The notes below the pieces were generated by a model. That model was not told the origin of the DNA and did not search any database. It was given only the letters and a program-made list of their open reading frames with translations. 64,000 bases of DNA. Source: Squalus acanthias. Taxonomy: Eukaryota. The DNA is taken from positions 108,254,001 through 108,318,000 of the forward strand of contig CM059432.1 in NCBI GenBank assembly GCA_030390025.1, written 5' to 3'. This document shows, piece after piece, positions 24,971-37,829 of this stretch (the first letter of the stretch is position 1; every line of letters starts with the position of its first letter). The position numbers and the translations under genes were made by a program.

Positions 24971-27849
24971 ATTAAGGAAGGATACAGTTTGGGCATCCAT
25001 TGCCAACATCAAGCACTTTGAGATTAGGTACAGCACAGGCCAGAAGCAAGGCAAAGGGCCTACAAATTCGGTTGCATAGCGCCCATTGTTTTGGCGCTGT
25101 GGGTGCCAAATTGGGTCCAAAATGGTGTCCGAACAGCACGCGCACACTTCTGGTGTGGGTCATGCCGGACGCCAGCTTGGTGAGGGCAGTAGGGCGGCCA
25201 TTAGGAGTATGTGCTAGAAGTATGGTAAGTAGGCAGATCATGATGTCAATCAGTGGGAAACACTGATTTGACGCCAGCGCTGCCATTTTTGTCGTTATCA
25301 CTGGAACTAATGTCCTGTGTTAACCTCGCACAGCTGAACATGCATTCAGCAGCAGGAAGGGATCATCAACAACTTTCAGGTAACTTGTTTTTTTATTTCT
25401 GCTGGCGTTGTGTAAGTTTGTGGAAGTGTTTGGAGCTTCCTAGAGTTCTTTAAAGTTGGTGAGGTGACAGGGAGTGGTGCTGCAAGTGGAGAAGGCCTTG
25501 CTTCTGACTTCAAGGGTTCTGGTTAGACCACTTGCTCCCAGTCGTTGGGTGCTCTAGTTGTCATCTCCCTTGGCCTGCAGCATGACAGGGAGATGGAGCA
25601 GAGGCAGCCAAGAAGAGGAAAAGCAGCTCGCAGAGGGAGGAGGAGGAGGGGGAGAAGGGTTCTCAGCAGGAGGCCTTACCCACCTAGGGTCTTCCGAGAG
25701 CAATTCTTCTACCTCAACCTGAGCCAGGAGCAGTGTCTGCACTTTACGCAGGAGATGCTCACAGAACTCTGCCACCTCTTGCAACCAGACCTGCAGCCTC
25801 ACACCAGGGCAAGGACAGCGCTGCCAATGGCTGTGAAGGTGACTGTGGCCCCGAATTTCTTCGCACCAGCATCCTTCCAGGCTGGAGCAGGTGTCATCTG
25901 TAACATCTCCCAGTTTGCCGTCCACTGCTGCATAAGAGAGGTGACAGGAAAGGGTACTTCACTGTTTTCTCTTTGATCAGAGAGAAGCAGGCGGAGCGTG
26001 CATGTAGCTTTGCCAGGATAGCGGACTTCCCCATGGTGCAGGGTGACATCAACTGCACACAGCTTTGCGGGTACCCTATATAAATGCAGAGATGTACCGC
26101 AACCACAAAGGTTACCACTCGCTGAATGTGCACTTGGTGTGCGGCCATGCTCAGTACATCACGATGGTGAATGCCCAGAATCCTGGCAGCAATGATGATG
26201 CTTCTATTCTGCGCCAGTCTGCTGTTTCTTCAGTCTTTGAGCCACCACGACAAACCAGAGACTGGCTCCTGGGCGACATGGGCTATCCCTTGACCACCTG
26301 ACTTATGACTCCGCTCCACAACCCAACCACATGTGGTCAGCATGCATACAACAAGAGCCATGCTGCCACACACAACATCATAGAGCAGACCAATGGGGTG
26401 CTGAAGTAACGGTTCCGCTGCCTGGACCACTCTGGAGGAGCCCTGCAGTACTCACCAGAGCGTGTGTCCCGATTCGTGGTGGTCTGCTGTATCCTCCACA
26501 ACCTGGCCATCATGAGGGCACAGCCCTTGCCACCAGGGCTAAAACCACCAGCTCAGGAGCAGAAGAAGGAGGATGAGGAGGAAACGGAAGGAAGAGGCAA
26601 CCCAGGCCAACCCTTTTTGGCTGGGATATCCGGGATCAAATCGTCCTCCTGCGGTACGAGGCAATGCAAACCCAATTCCCCATTCACCATTTGTTCCACA
26701 TCTTACCTTCACTCTACTAATGACCATCACAATGTCCTCCTGGCCACAATGCTGAAATAAAAACCACTGCAAAGCAAACGTTACAATCCAACTTTATACA
26801 TATATCCATCCAATATTACATCAAAAAATCAACGATTCAACCTTGTGCATTCCTTAGTGATTGTCTTGCGTCTGTCTTTGTCTATCCTAGTGCTCCTACG
26901 CAGTGCTACCCCAGTGGCTGCAGCATGGCTGGTGGAAGGCTGCTGGCTTTCAGTGGGGGACACTGCAGATGGCCTTGCAGGATGATCTCGAGGAGCTGGT
27001 GGCTGGGAGTCTGAAATTGAATGACAGTGTTTCTTCTTCTTCTTCACACTTCTCTCCCTCTTCTTGGTCAACCTCCTCGAGGAGCTCTGGGCCTAGTAGG
27101 CCCGGCTTCGGACTGCACCACCTTGGCATGGGCGGCAGCAGTCTGGACTGGCTGGCTGACAGGCAACAGCAAGGGCACTGGCGGAGTGGCAGTGGTGAGA
27201 GGACGAATCCTGTCATCCTGAGAGAGGACAGCAGGGTTGGCCTTCACGGATCCATTACCATTCCCCCGGGACAGCGCCTCAGCATCCTAGTAATCTGCTG
27301 GAGTACAGGCTGCTGGAATGTTGTGACACTCTGCAAGCTCTTTCAACACTGGTAAACCCAACCATGATGGCAGCAGTCTGTGCTTGCGTGGCAGCAAGCT
27401 GAGCTTGCATGGCTTCAGTTTGAGCTTCCATTGCAGCACTCAGACCTGCTGCAATTGAAGCTGAGACATCGGCCATCAGACGCTGCATGATGGTTGGGTC
27501 TACAAGTGCGTTAATGGATCAGCCCACCCCTTCCACACTGAAAAGGATGGGCTCCAAGCTCTGCCCAAAGCCCTGTGTAAGTCTGGAGCCGAACTCTTCC
27601 ATGCTCCTTGACATTGCATTCAGGCTTTCTGGCAGGTCTGCCAATGCATCAAGCATTTTATTATGCAACCCCATCAGCATATCTTCTGTAGGCCCCCCCA
27701 TCAAAGTCTTCATCTGAGTCTTGTGCAGCAGAACTCGTGTGCAACCTGGCTGACTCACCACGTGTAGATCCCATATCTAACCTATCCTCTAAAGTATGCG
27801 GAGTGTCAGTATCTGGTGGTTCCGGAGTGTGAAATCGAGAGACGGTGTC

Positions 27850-29938
27850 TTTTTTTTTCATTTATGGCAAGGCCAGCATTTATTGCCCTTGAGAAGGTGG
27901 TGGTGAGCCACCGTCTTGAACTGCTGCAGAGGGCAGTTAAGAGTCAACCACATAGCTGTGGGTCTGGAGTCACATTTCGGCCAGACCGGGTAAGGACAGC
28001 AGATTTCCTTCCCTAAAGGACATTAGCATTAAATACATACTTTGGTTCTGTCTTCACAAAGGAGGACACAACTAAACTCCCAGAGATGTCGGGGAACATA
28101 GGGTCTAATGAGAGGGAGGAATTGAATGAAATCAGTATTTGTAGGGAAATGGTGTTAGGGAAATTGATGGGATTGAAGGCCGATAAATCCCTTGGGCCTG
28201 ATAATCTACATCCTAGGGTACTTAAGGAAGTGGCCCTAGAAATAGTAGATGCTGGTCATCTTTCAAAATTCTATAGACTCTGGAACAGTTCCCATGGATT
28301 GGAGGGTAGCTAATGTAACCCCACTATTTAAAAAAGGTGGCAGAGAAAAAACGGGGAATTATAAGGTAAGCCTGACATCGGTAGTGGGCAAAATGCTAGA
28401 GTCCATTATAAAAGATGTAATAGCAGAGCACTTGGAAAACAGTGACAGGATCGGACAAAGTCAACATGGATTTACAAAAGGGAAATCATGCCTGACTAAT
28501 CTACTGGAAATTTTTGAGGATGTAACTGGTAGAATAGATAAGGGAGAACCAGTGGATGTGGTGCATTTGGACTTTCAGAAGGCTTTCGATAAGGTCCCGC
28601 ATAAGAGATTAGCGTGCAAAGTTAAAGCACAAGGGATTGGGGGTGAGGTACTGATTTGGATAGAGAACTGGTTGGCAGACAGGAAGCAAAGAGTTGGAAT
28701 AAACGCGTCTTTTTCCAAGTGGCAGGCAGTGACTAGTGGGGTACCACAGGGATCGGTGCTAGGACCCCAGCTATTCAGAATATATATTCATGATCTAGAC
28801 GAGGGAACTAGATGTAATATCTCTAAGTTTGCAGACGACACAAAGCTGGGTGGGCGTGTGTGCTGTGAGGAGGATGCAGAGAAACTCCAGTATGATTTGG
28901 ACAGGTTGGGTGATTGGGCAGATGCATGGCAGATGCAGTATAATGTGGATAAATGCGAGGTTATCCACTTTGGTGGCAAAAACAGGAAGACAGATTATTA
29001 TCTGAACGGCAATAGATTGGGAAAAGGGGAAGTGCACCGAGATCTGGGAGTCCTTGTGCACCAGTCGCTGAAGGTAAGCATGCAGGTGCAGCAGGCGGTT
29101 AAGAAGGCAAATGGTATGTTGGCCTTAATAGCGAGAGGATTCAAGTGCAGGAGCAAGGATGTCTTGCTGCAGTTGTACAAGGCCTTGGTGAGACCACACC
29201 TTGAGTATTGTGTGCAGTTTTGGTCGCCTTATCTGAGGAAGGATGTTCTTGCCATGGAGGGAGTGCAGCAAAGATTTACCAGACTGATACCTGGGATGGC
29301 AGGAATGATGTATGAAGAGAGATTGGGTCGATTAGGCTTATATTCGCTAGAGTTTCGAAGAATGAGAGGGGATCTCATTGAAACTTATAAAATTCTAACA
29401 GGACTCGACAGACTAGATGCAGGAAGGATGTTCCCGATGGTGGGGGAAGTCCAGAAGTCACAGTCTAAGGATAAGGGGTAAGCCATTTAGGACTGAGATG
29501 AGGAGGAATTTCTTCACCCAGAGAGTGGTGAACCTGTGGAATTCTCTACCACAGAAGGCAGTTGAGGCCAATTCATTAAATATATTCAAGAAGGAGATAG
29601 ATATATTTCTTAAGGCTAAAGGGTTCAAGGGATATGGGGAGAAAGCAGGGACAGGGTACTGAATTTGGATGATCAGCCATGATCTCATTAAATGGCAGAG
29701 CAGGCTCAAGGGGCCGAATGGCCTACTCCTGCTCCTATCTTCTATGCTTAGTGAACCAGATGGGTTTTTATGACAGTTTCACGGTTACCATTAATGGTAC
29801 CAGCTTTTTTTATTCCAGATTTATTTAATTGAATTTTAAATTCCCCAGCTGCCGTGGTGGGATTTGAACTCACGTTTCTGGATCATTCGTCCAGGCCTAC
29901 TGAATTACTAGCTCAGTGACATTACCAATACGCTACCA
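27850..29938 (-). mobile_element. tRNA-derived SINE (probably MetaSINE-like) split by a CR1
   Basis: Minus strand begins GGTAGCGTATTGGT..GAGTTCAAATCC (A/B boxes). The core CCCATCTGGTTCACTAATGTCCTTTAGGGAAGG is restored when 28027-29751 is removed. The 3' tail matches the second LINE family. Confidence 0.75.
28027..29747 (+). mobile_element. 5'-truncated CR1
   Basis: RT ORFs 28086..29662; TTAG duplicated at 28023-28026 and 29748-29751. Confidence 0.92.
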
Positions 29939-30189
29939 TTCAATTGGTCAAGGTCAGTGAATTCATCTTCAAATGGGACTTGGTGCGGCTAAACTTTATG
30001 CCCTTATTAATTATTATTATTATTCACCCTCCTGAGGTGAAGCTATGAATGTGAGATGTGAGTCGTGTTTGGGAGAGATTGTTGGTAGGTGAGTGATGAG
30101 GGTGTGGTGCATTGAACAGTGTGTGAGGCTAGTGGTTAAGCTGGTGGGATATGGCATTTGAAGATGAAATCACTGACCTTGACCACTCA

Positions 30190-30490
30190 AGGCAGAGGGT
30201 TTTAGGGAAAGGCTAGCAGAGCATGAGGCCTAGTCAGCTGTAAGTCTGGTTGTCAATGGAGGGATGACAGGAGGCGTGGTGTACAAGAGGCCAGAATCGG
30301 AGGAATGACGAGTTTGGGAGAAGGGAGTTGTCGGGCTAGAAAAGGTTACAGAGATAGGGTGAGGTGATGCCATAAAGTGATTTAATCATGAGAATGAGAA
30401 TTTTAAATTTGAGGTGTTGGGGGACCGGGAGCCAATGTAGGTCTGCAAAGACAGGAGTGATAGAAGAGTGGGACTTGGTGCGGCTAACCT
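30190..30490 (-). mobile_element. L2 LINE fragment
   Basis: GAGAATTTTAAATT...GAGCCAATGTAGG...GTGGGACTTGGT matches the L2 at 56660-56770. Confidence 0.65.
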
Positions 30491-32093
30491 TTATGCCCTT
30501 CTGCCATATGGCATCTTGGAGTATTCCACTAAGTGCATAGTAACATAACAGTAATACTTAAATCTAACTGCTCATAGAATGACTTTAATTCCGATACTTG
30601 TTTGCACAACAAAAGGAGAATGTGAATTTATTCATACCTGCAAACGTGGCCTTTTGTAGCTCATCACAAGCGCTGACCCAACATCTCAGTCTTTGTCTGG
30701 GCTTTCTGCCAGTCTAGTAGCTACACAGATAATCTGAGAGGTTTCTGATGTTTGGTGTCAATATTATTAGTTATCTGCTGGTCTGTAATCCTGTGAGACC
30801 TTGGATGTACTCTTCAAGATTTCCTAATGTCCCTGTCATTAAAATGAGGGAAATCTAATAGGATTTGGGTTTCATTGTGTTCTGGTAAACAAAGGCTTAT
30901 TAAAAATAGAACTAATTAAAAGTGTAGAATGGGTGGGATACCGATGCATTTTACTCAAAACAGTTAACAATTTATATTATTGACACAATTCAGATTGCAA
31001 AATGGCAAAGACAGAAGGCCTCAATGGCATGGACCAGCTTACAAGTTAGCGTCATGAAAACACTGAATTATTAGTTATGATAAAAATAACTCTAATCAAA
31101 AATATCTAAATTTAATGAGAATTATTCAATTATCTATATTTATACCAATCTCTGTTTTCTTTTTCTTTAGTTTTCTCTTCAGATTAATTAAATCTTTGCC
31201 TCACCAATCCTGGCGGCTGAAACTTGTGATGTATTTTAGATTGAGGACTTCTTGGCTTGTTTAAAATTATAAAAAGTATGTGAAGCACCACCATAACAAA
31301 GGGCACTGAGCACTGAGATGGTGTAATTTGGAAGTTGCTGCAGAGCATTCTGAGTAAGGTGTAGATAATGGCAATGGTTTGAGTCGAAAGGAGAGCTGAA
31401 ACTCTAACGACAGAGTAAAAAAATAATGATTTGAGGAGGGGGGATTGGACATGATCCAGGTTAACCTGCAGTAGAAGGAGAGAGGTTAAGAAACACTCTC
31501 ATCAGCGGAGTGAACGTTGATTTGAACAGAGTTGCAGAAGCAGGTGAGTTGGTGCTGCTCAATATTTCTCACCTTTTTCGGAGCACACCTCAACTGAGCT
31601 GCACCCAGATGAATGCCAGACTGAATTCATGTGCTAATTTTAACCATGATTTCCGCTGTTTTCTTTTAATCTAAAAGAAAGGTAAGCATAGCAATAATAG
31701 TTATGGGTTTTCTTCGTATTTCTTCTTGTCCTTCCACTAAGCACATCTAATAGGTGTGATCAGAAGAACTATGGGCTAAAAATTGGATATAGCCAAGAAA
31801 TGGGCAGTGTTAAGGCCAAACGAGGTTAAGCTGCGCCACCTGAAAATGGTCTAGGTAGCACACAAAATTTGTGCTCACTCTTCATTAATATGATTATAGT
31901 CATGATTTCAGTGCTTAAAGGGTCACACACATCTTTCAGGTAAGTTTGGATTTAAACTTTTGGGCTGTTTTTTTAATATTTTATTGAAATAGTGGCTTGG
32001 TGCAATAGATGTTAAAAGTTTTTAAATGTGCAGGGAGTGCTGCTGGATGCATGTAAGGCCTCAGATGGTAAAGGAGGGCCTCTGAGAAGACCA

Positions 32094-32227
32094 AAAATGC
32101 TGGAAATACTCAGCAGGTCAGGCAGCACCATGGAGAGAGAAACAGAGTTAATGTCTCAGGTTGAGATGCTGCCTGACCTGCTGAGTATTTCCAGCATTTT
32201 CTGCTTTTATTTCAGATTTCCAGCATC
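32094..32227. repeat. Perfect 34-bp inverted repeat, Penelope-like terminal remnant
   Basis: AAAATGCTGGAAATACTCAGCAGGTCAGGCAGCA (32094-32127) and its reverse complement (32167-32200). Confidence 0.75.
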
Positions 32228-32399
32228 GCTTGCAAAGGGAAGAGGAAGACACAGAAGAGGAAGACACAGAAGAGGAGGAAGCGAAAGGAAGGATGCAACC
32301 CAGAGAGCCGCTTTCTGGCTGAGATATCCGAGATGGAATCATCCACCTGCGGTACCAGTGACCACAACCCCAATTCCCCTTTCAACATTTTGTTTGCCA

Positions 32400-33828
32400 T
32401 CATTATTTAAGAAAGGAGGGAGATAGAAAATGAAGAAATACAGACCAGTTAGCCTGACATCAGTAGTAGAGAAAATGCTAGAATCTATTATTAAGGATGT
32501 GGTAGCAGGGCACTTAGAAAATAATAATAGGATTAGGCAAAGTCAACACAGATTTATGAAAGGGAAATCGTGTTTGACAAATCTGTTAAGAGTTTTTTGA
32601 GCTTGTAACTAGCAGATTAGATAATGGGGAACCAGTGGATGTGATGTATTTGAATTTTCAGAAGGCATTCGATAAAGTGCTACACAAGAGGTTATTAAAC
32701 AAAATTAGGGCTCATGGGATTGAGGGTATTATACTAGCAGGGATTAAGGATTGGTTAACGGACAGAAAACAGAGAGTAGGAATAAACGGGTCATTTTCGG
32801 GTCGGCAGGCTGTAACTAGTGGGGTACCGCAAGGATCAGTGCTTGCGCCTCAGCTATTCACAATCTATATCAATGATTTGGATGAGGGGACCAAATGTAA
32901 TGTATCCAAGTTTGCTGATGATACAAAGTTGGGTGGGAATGTAAGTTGTGAGGAAGATGCAAAGAGGATTCAAGGGGATATAGACAAGCTAAGCAAGAAC
33001 ATGGCAAATGGAATATAATGTGGAGAAATGTGAAGTTATCCACTTTGGTAGGAAAAATAGAAAAGCAGAGTATTTTTTAAATAGAGATTGGGAAATGTTG
33101 GTGTTCAGAGGGACCTGGGTGTCCTTGTACACGAATCACTGAAAGTTAACATGCAGGTACAGCAAGCAATTAGGAAAGCAAATGGTATGTTGGCCTTTAT
33201 TACAAGAGGATTTGAGAATAAGAGTAAAGACGTCTTACTGCAATTATATAGGGCCCTGGTGAGACCACACCTGGAGTATTGTGTACAGCTTTGGTCTCCT
33301 TACCTAAGGAAGAATATACTTGCCATAGAGGGAGTACAACAAAGGTTCACCAGACTGGTTCCTGGGATGGGGGGATTGTCCTATGAGGAGAGATTGAGTA
33401 GACTAGACCTATATTCTCTAGAGATTAGAAGAATGAGAGGTGATCTCATTGAAACATACAAAATTCTTACAGGGCTTGACAGGGTAGATGCAGGGAGGAT
33501 GTTTCCCCTGGCTGGGGAGTCTAGAACCAGGAGTCAGAGTCTCAGAATAAGGGGTCGGCCATTTAGGACTGAGATGAGGAGAAATTTCTTCACTCAGAGG
33601 GTGGTGAATCTTTGGAATTCTCTACCCCAGAGGGCTGTGGAGGCTCAGTCGTTGAGTATATTCAAGACAGAGATCGATAGATTTTTTGATATTAAGGGAA
33701 TCAAGGGATATGGGGATAGTGCAGGAAAGTGGAGATGAGGTAGAAGATCAGCCATCATCTTATTGAATGGCGGAGCAGGCTCAAGGGGCTGAATGGCCGA
33801 CTCCTATTTCTTATGTTTCTTATGTTCT
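32400..33828 (+). mobile_element. 5'-truncated CR1
   Basis: RT ORFs 32635..33018 and 33088..33738; TTCTTATG tail repeat. Confidence 0.9.
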
Positions 33829-36599
33829 TGTGTCGCACACCTTACCCTCCCTCTGTTACTGACCATCACAGTGTCCTCTTGGCCAGAATGCCGAAATAAA
33901 AGCCACCACAAAGCAAACTTTCCAATCCAACTTTATACATCTATCCATCTAATATGACATCAAGAATTCAACTAATCACCCTTGTGCATTCCCTTAGTGA
34001 CTGTCTTGTGTGTGCCTTTGCCTATCCTAGTGATGTTTCACAGTCCTACCCCAGTGGCTGCAGCATGGCTGGTGGAAGGCTGCTGACTTTCAGTGGGGGA
34101 TACTGCAAATGACTTTGCTGGTCGACCATGAGATGCTGGTGGCTGGGAGTGTGATTTACATTAGCGCAGCACAAAACCTGCAGTGCAACACTACGTTTCT
34201 GGCAGGAGGCCCAGTGTAGCGTGGCCGTAGCATCCCTGGAGCAAGGCAGCGTTCTTTTAAAGTCTTGTTGAGCCACTGTGTTAGTGCTGAAGCACTTTTA
34301 CCATTTTGTTTTACACACAGAAGGCAGCTCAGCTTTAAGAGCTGAAGACTGCCATTTTGAAATTATTTTTAATGTTTATTTTTTTTCAGAAGCTCTAAGG
34401 CTGAAAGACTGCCTATTTTTAAATGATTTTTCATTTTAGAAGGCAGTTCCCCTGTAAAGAATTGACACTGCTTTCTCTCTCTCCTCTCCCTCTTCTTGGT
34501 CAACCACTGGCTGGGCAGGCTGGATTTCTTGGGTCTGTGAAATGAGGAAGGCACAGGGGTAGGGTTGTGGTGAGGGGAGGGCGGGAAAGCAAGAGCTGCA
34601 TGCTTACACCATGCGCACCTTGTAAATCAGAAGATTGTGGGATGAGGGAGAAGTGAGATGTGCGAAGGAGGATAACGTATGAGTATACCAGTATCTTGTA
34701 TTCTTTCAGCCCCGCCACTGGCCAAGGGCTCAGCCATGCCCCTGCCAAGAACGGCCAGCACTGTCTCCTCCAAGGGGGTGAGGTGAAGCTGGGAATGTGA
34801 GGTGTGCCTCGTGATTGGTACAGATTGTTGGTTGGTGAGTGATGGGCGTGTGGTCGTGCAATGAGCAGTGTGCAAGGCTAGTGGTGCAGTTGGTAGAAGA
34901 CGGCTTTTGAAGATGCAGTCACTGACCTTGACCAGTGGTCTGAGGTCATTAAACTTCTTTGGGCACTAGAGCCAGGTGGTGGGGGCAACATTGCTGGCAA
35001 TGCCAGACTCGGTGATCTGCTCTGCTCCCACATTAATATTTCTGAATGGTCTCTGGGCCCCCTGTGGGTAGAGGACCTCTCTTGCAGTGTTGACCCCTTA
35101 CACAAAGCTGGACTGCTGCGTCCGAGACCCTGGGTGCCCCTTCCCTGTCTTGTTGAGCCATTTGTGTTAGTGCTGCACTTTTACCATTTTTTTTTTATAC
35201 ACGTGGAAGGCAGTTCAGCTTTAAGAGCTGAAGACTGCCATTTTGAAATTATTTTTAATTTTTTTTTCAGAAGCTCTAAGGCTGAAAGACTGCCTATTTT
35301 TAAATGATTTTTCATTTTAGAAGGCAGTTCCCCTGTAAAGGCCAACTTTAAAAGAACGCCGCCTTGCTCCAGGGATGCTACGGCCACGTTACACTGGGCC
35401 TCCTGCCAGAAACAGAGTGTTGCACTGCAGGTTTTGTGCTGCGCTAATGTAAATCAGCAGACAGCACAAAAATACCGGTGCTGCCTGCACTCTTATTGTG
35501 GGCGGCCGTTAACTTCAGCCCACGGTGGCAGGTTTCCAGCCTACTCGAATTTCTAGGCCTTGATGTTCTAAAGACAGAGCTGAGCTGACAGTTTAATAAC
35601 TCTGCTATTTCGTTGTCATAAAGAATTAAAACCTTCCACTCTCATTTTAAAGCAAAACTTTTCTTTATTTCATCTTTTTACTGTGTATACATTAAGAAAA
35701 TGCTTTATGGTTACCAAAGATGGTCTGATTAGTCATCTTTCTCTTGAATTTCCTTCACTTTTAATCTGCTTTTCTTTGTATTTATAATGTAGCCAATCCT
35801 CTAGTTTATTAGATTCCAATCATATTTGAAAGCCACACTAATACTACCCTTCACATGACAATATAATCATATTGGTCTGTTTCTTGTAATGAGCAACTGG
35901 GGATTTGATGACCTCACACCATTTCTACAAGGAACTGTGTGATATGTGTCTAAAGTGAATTACTCTAAAGTCAAATTATAATGTTGAAGCTCTTACTTTG
36001 ACTTGCACACAAGTTTATAGCCAGTATGTTCTTAAAAATATCTCTCAGCACTGAGCAGACTTGCCAATTAACCATCATCTTTCCTGGGGATCAAGTACTT
36101 GATATAACACATTGCGTTCTCTAACTAAAGATAACGTTCTACTACATACAGCATATTATGACAGTTATCAAAATGGTCATGAGCACAGCAACAAAACTCA
36201 ATTTCCAGAGTTAAATTGATACAACCCTAGTGACCAACATACTGAAACACTATAACCTCAATCAATGAGAAAGTACAGTAACAAAGGAGTGCTGTTAAAT
36301 AGTGCTACAACAAAACAGCTGCTTTGTTTTCTAATGGTAGGTGATACAAATGAGTTTGGCATGGCTGTTTGCTGGTAGTAAACAGTTTTTCTGTCTGTCC
36401 CACAGGGAGCTGATGGAAATAGTACAGAAGTCGTCTGGTCTGAAAAGTCTCACTTTATTTGATGGAATAGGTTTTATCTCTACGAGGTCTCGAGCTAAAT
36501 GCTTGTCAAAAGCATTCTGTCCACAAAATACAGTCTTCTTCATACACATCAAATGCACCTCAATTTTAAAATTCTCATCCTTGTTTTCAAATCCCTCCA

Positions 36600-36962
36600 T
36601 CTTTTTTATTCATTGATGTGGGGATTGCTGGCAAGGCCAGCAATTATCACCTATCCCTAATTGCCCTTGAGAAGGTGGTGTTGAGCCCCCATCTTGAACT
36701 ACTGCAGTCTGTGTGGTGAAGGTACTCCCACAGTACTGTTAGGTAGGAAGTTCCAGGATTTTGACCCACCGACGATGAAGGAATGGCGATATATTTCCAA
36801 GTCAGGATGGTGTGTGACTTGGAGGGGAACTTGGAGGTGATGGTGTTCCCGTGCGCCTGCTGCCCTTGTCCTTCTAGGTGGTAGAGGTCGTGGGTTTTGG
36901 AGGTGCCGTCGAAGAAGCCTTGGCGAGTTGCTGCAGTGCATCTTGTAGACGGTACACACTGT
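36600..36962 (-). mobile_element. 3' fragment of the second LINE family
   Basis: Reverse complement of the 4280-4500 and 12856-12980 sequence. Confidence 0.8.
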
Positions 36963-37019
36963 TGTGCAGGACTTGCTGCATGCGGGCACAGACTGCTTCA
37001 TTATCTGAGTATTTGCGAA

Positions 37020-37365
37020 TGGCCTTGTTCCTCCCCATCTCTGTAACCTCCTCCAGCCCTACAAGCCTTCGAGATCTCTACGCTTCTCTGGCCTCTTGCC
37101 CATCCCCGATTTTAATCGCTCCACCATTGGTGGCCGCGCCTTCAGTTGCCTAGGCCCTAAGCTCTGGAATTCCCTCCCTAAACCTCTCCGTCTGTCTCTC
37201 CTCCTTTAAGGTGCTCCTTAAAACCTACCACTTTGTTCAAGCTTTTGGGCATCTGTGCTGATATCTCGTGTAGCTCGGGGTCAAATTTTGTTCAATAACG
37301 CTCGTGAAGCACCTTGAAACATTTTACTGCGTTAAAGGTGCTATATAAATGCAAGTTGTTGTTGT
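37020..37365 (+). mobile_element. L2 LINE 3' end
   Basis: GCCTTCAG..GCCTAGGCCCTAAGCTCTGGAATTCCCTCCC...CTATATAAATGCAAGTTGTTGTTG. Confidence 0.8.
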
Positions 37366-37829
37366 AGTAAAGCGGAGGGTAAGTAGAGAACACACAAAGG
37401 GAGATTTGAAAATCTACCAAACTCTAAAAAGCCAGGCTATTTGGTTGCTCATAATTAAATCATATTTATCACAGTGAAGAGATAACTAATGCCTACTGAA
37501 AAGAAAGGAAAATCTGACGTATGGAATGGTTCCCAATGGAATCCTCCTACAGCTGAAATATGTATCCAACAGCAACATTAAAATTGCTACAGCCGGAGAA
37601 TTTTGAGGTAAAAAGCTAGATTGCTGCATTCATAAGAATAATTGGATTGAAAGCATGTTGGTGGCTGATGGTATTTGACTTCTGAAGCCTTCTAAATAAC
37701 AATTGGAGTACTAATACCTATCACTTCTTGTGAATTATGGCTTTTTTGCTGTACATTCCACAAACACTACCTAGGAAGTTCTCACCGTCATCCAAAAGAT
37801 TTTTTTAAGCAACATTAGACCGACAGTGA

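Larger units (their letters stand above)
25056..30190 (+). mobile_element. Decayed Harbinger copy interrupted by a SINE and a CR1
   Basis: Left TIR-like GGCCTACAAATTCG. Transposase remnants at 25545-26670 (RRPYPPRVFRE, NHKGYHSLNV, LLGDMGY). Myb exon-3 remnants at 26850-27850 and a Myb exon-1 end near 30170-30190. Confidence 0.85.
31773..35559 (+). mobile_element. Decayed, rearranged Harbinger copy containing a CR1 insertion
   Basis: Termini GGGCTAAAAATT and (reverse complement) GGCCTAGAAATTCG. 33830-34130 aligns by eye with 26690-26990. Myb exon remnants at 34690-35160. No clean TSD. Confidence 0.7.

Noticed and set aside
24970..25147. N-terminal extension of the 798-aa ORF as a chimeric gene
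   Set aside because: It is read-through from flanking and Harbinger-terminal DNA into a 5'-truncated CR1; no supporting gene structure
29840..29938. tRNA gene
   Set aside because: A/B-box head of a SINE, continuous with the SINE body and LINE-derived tail
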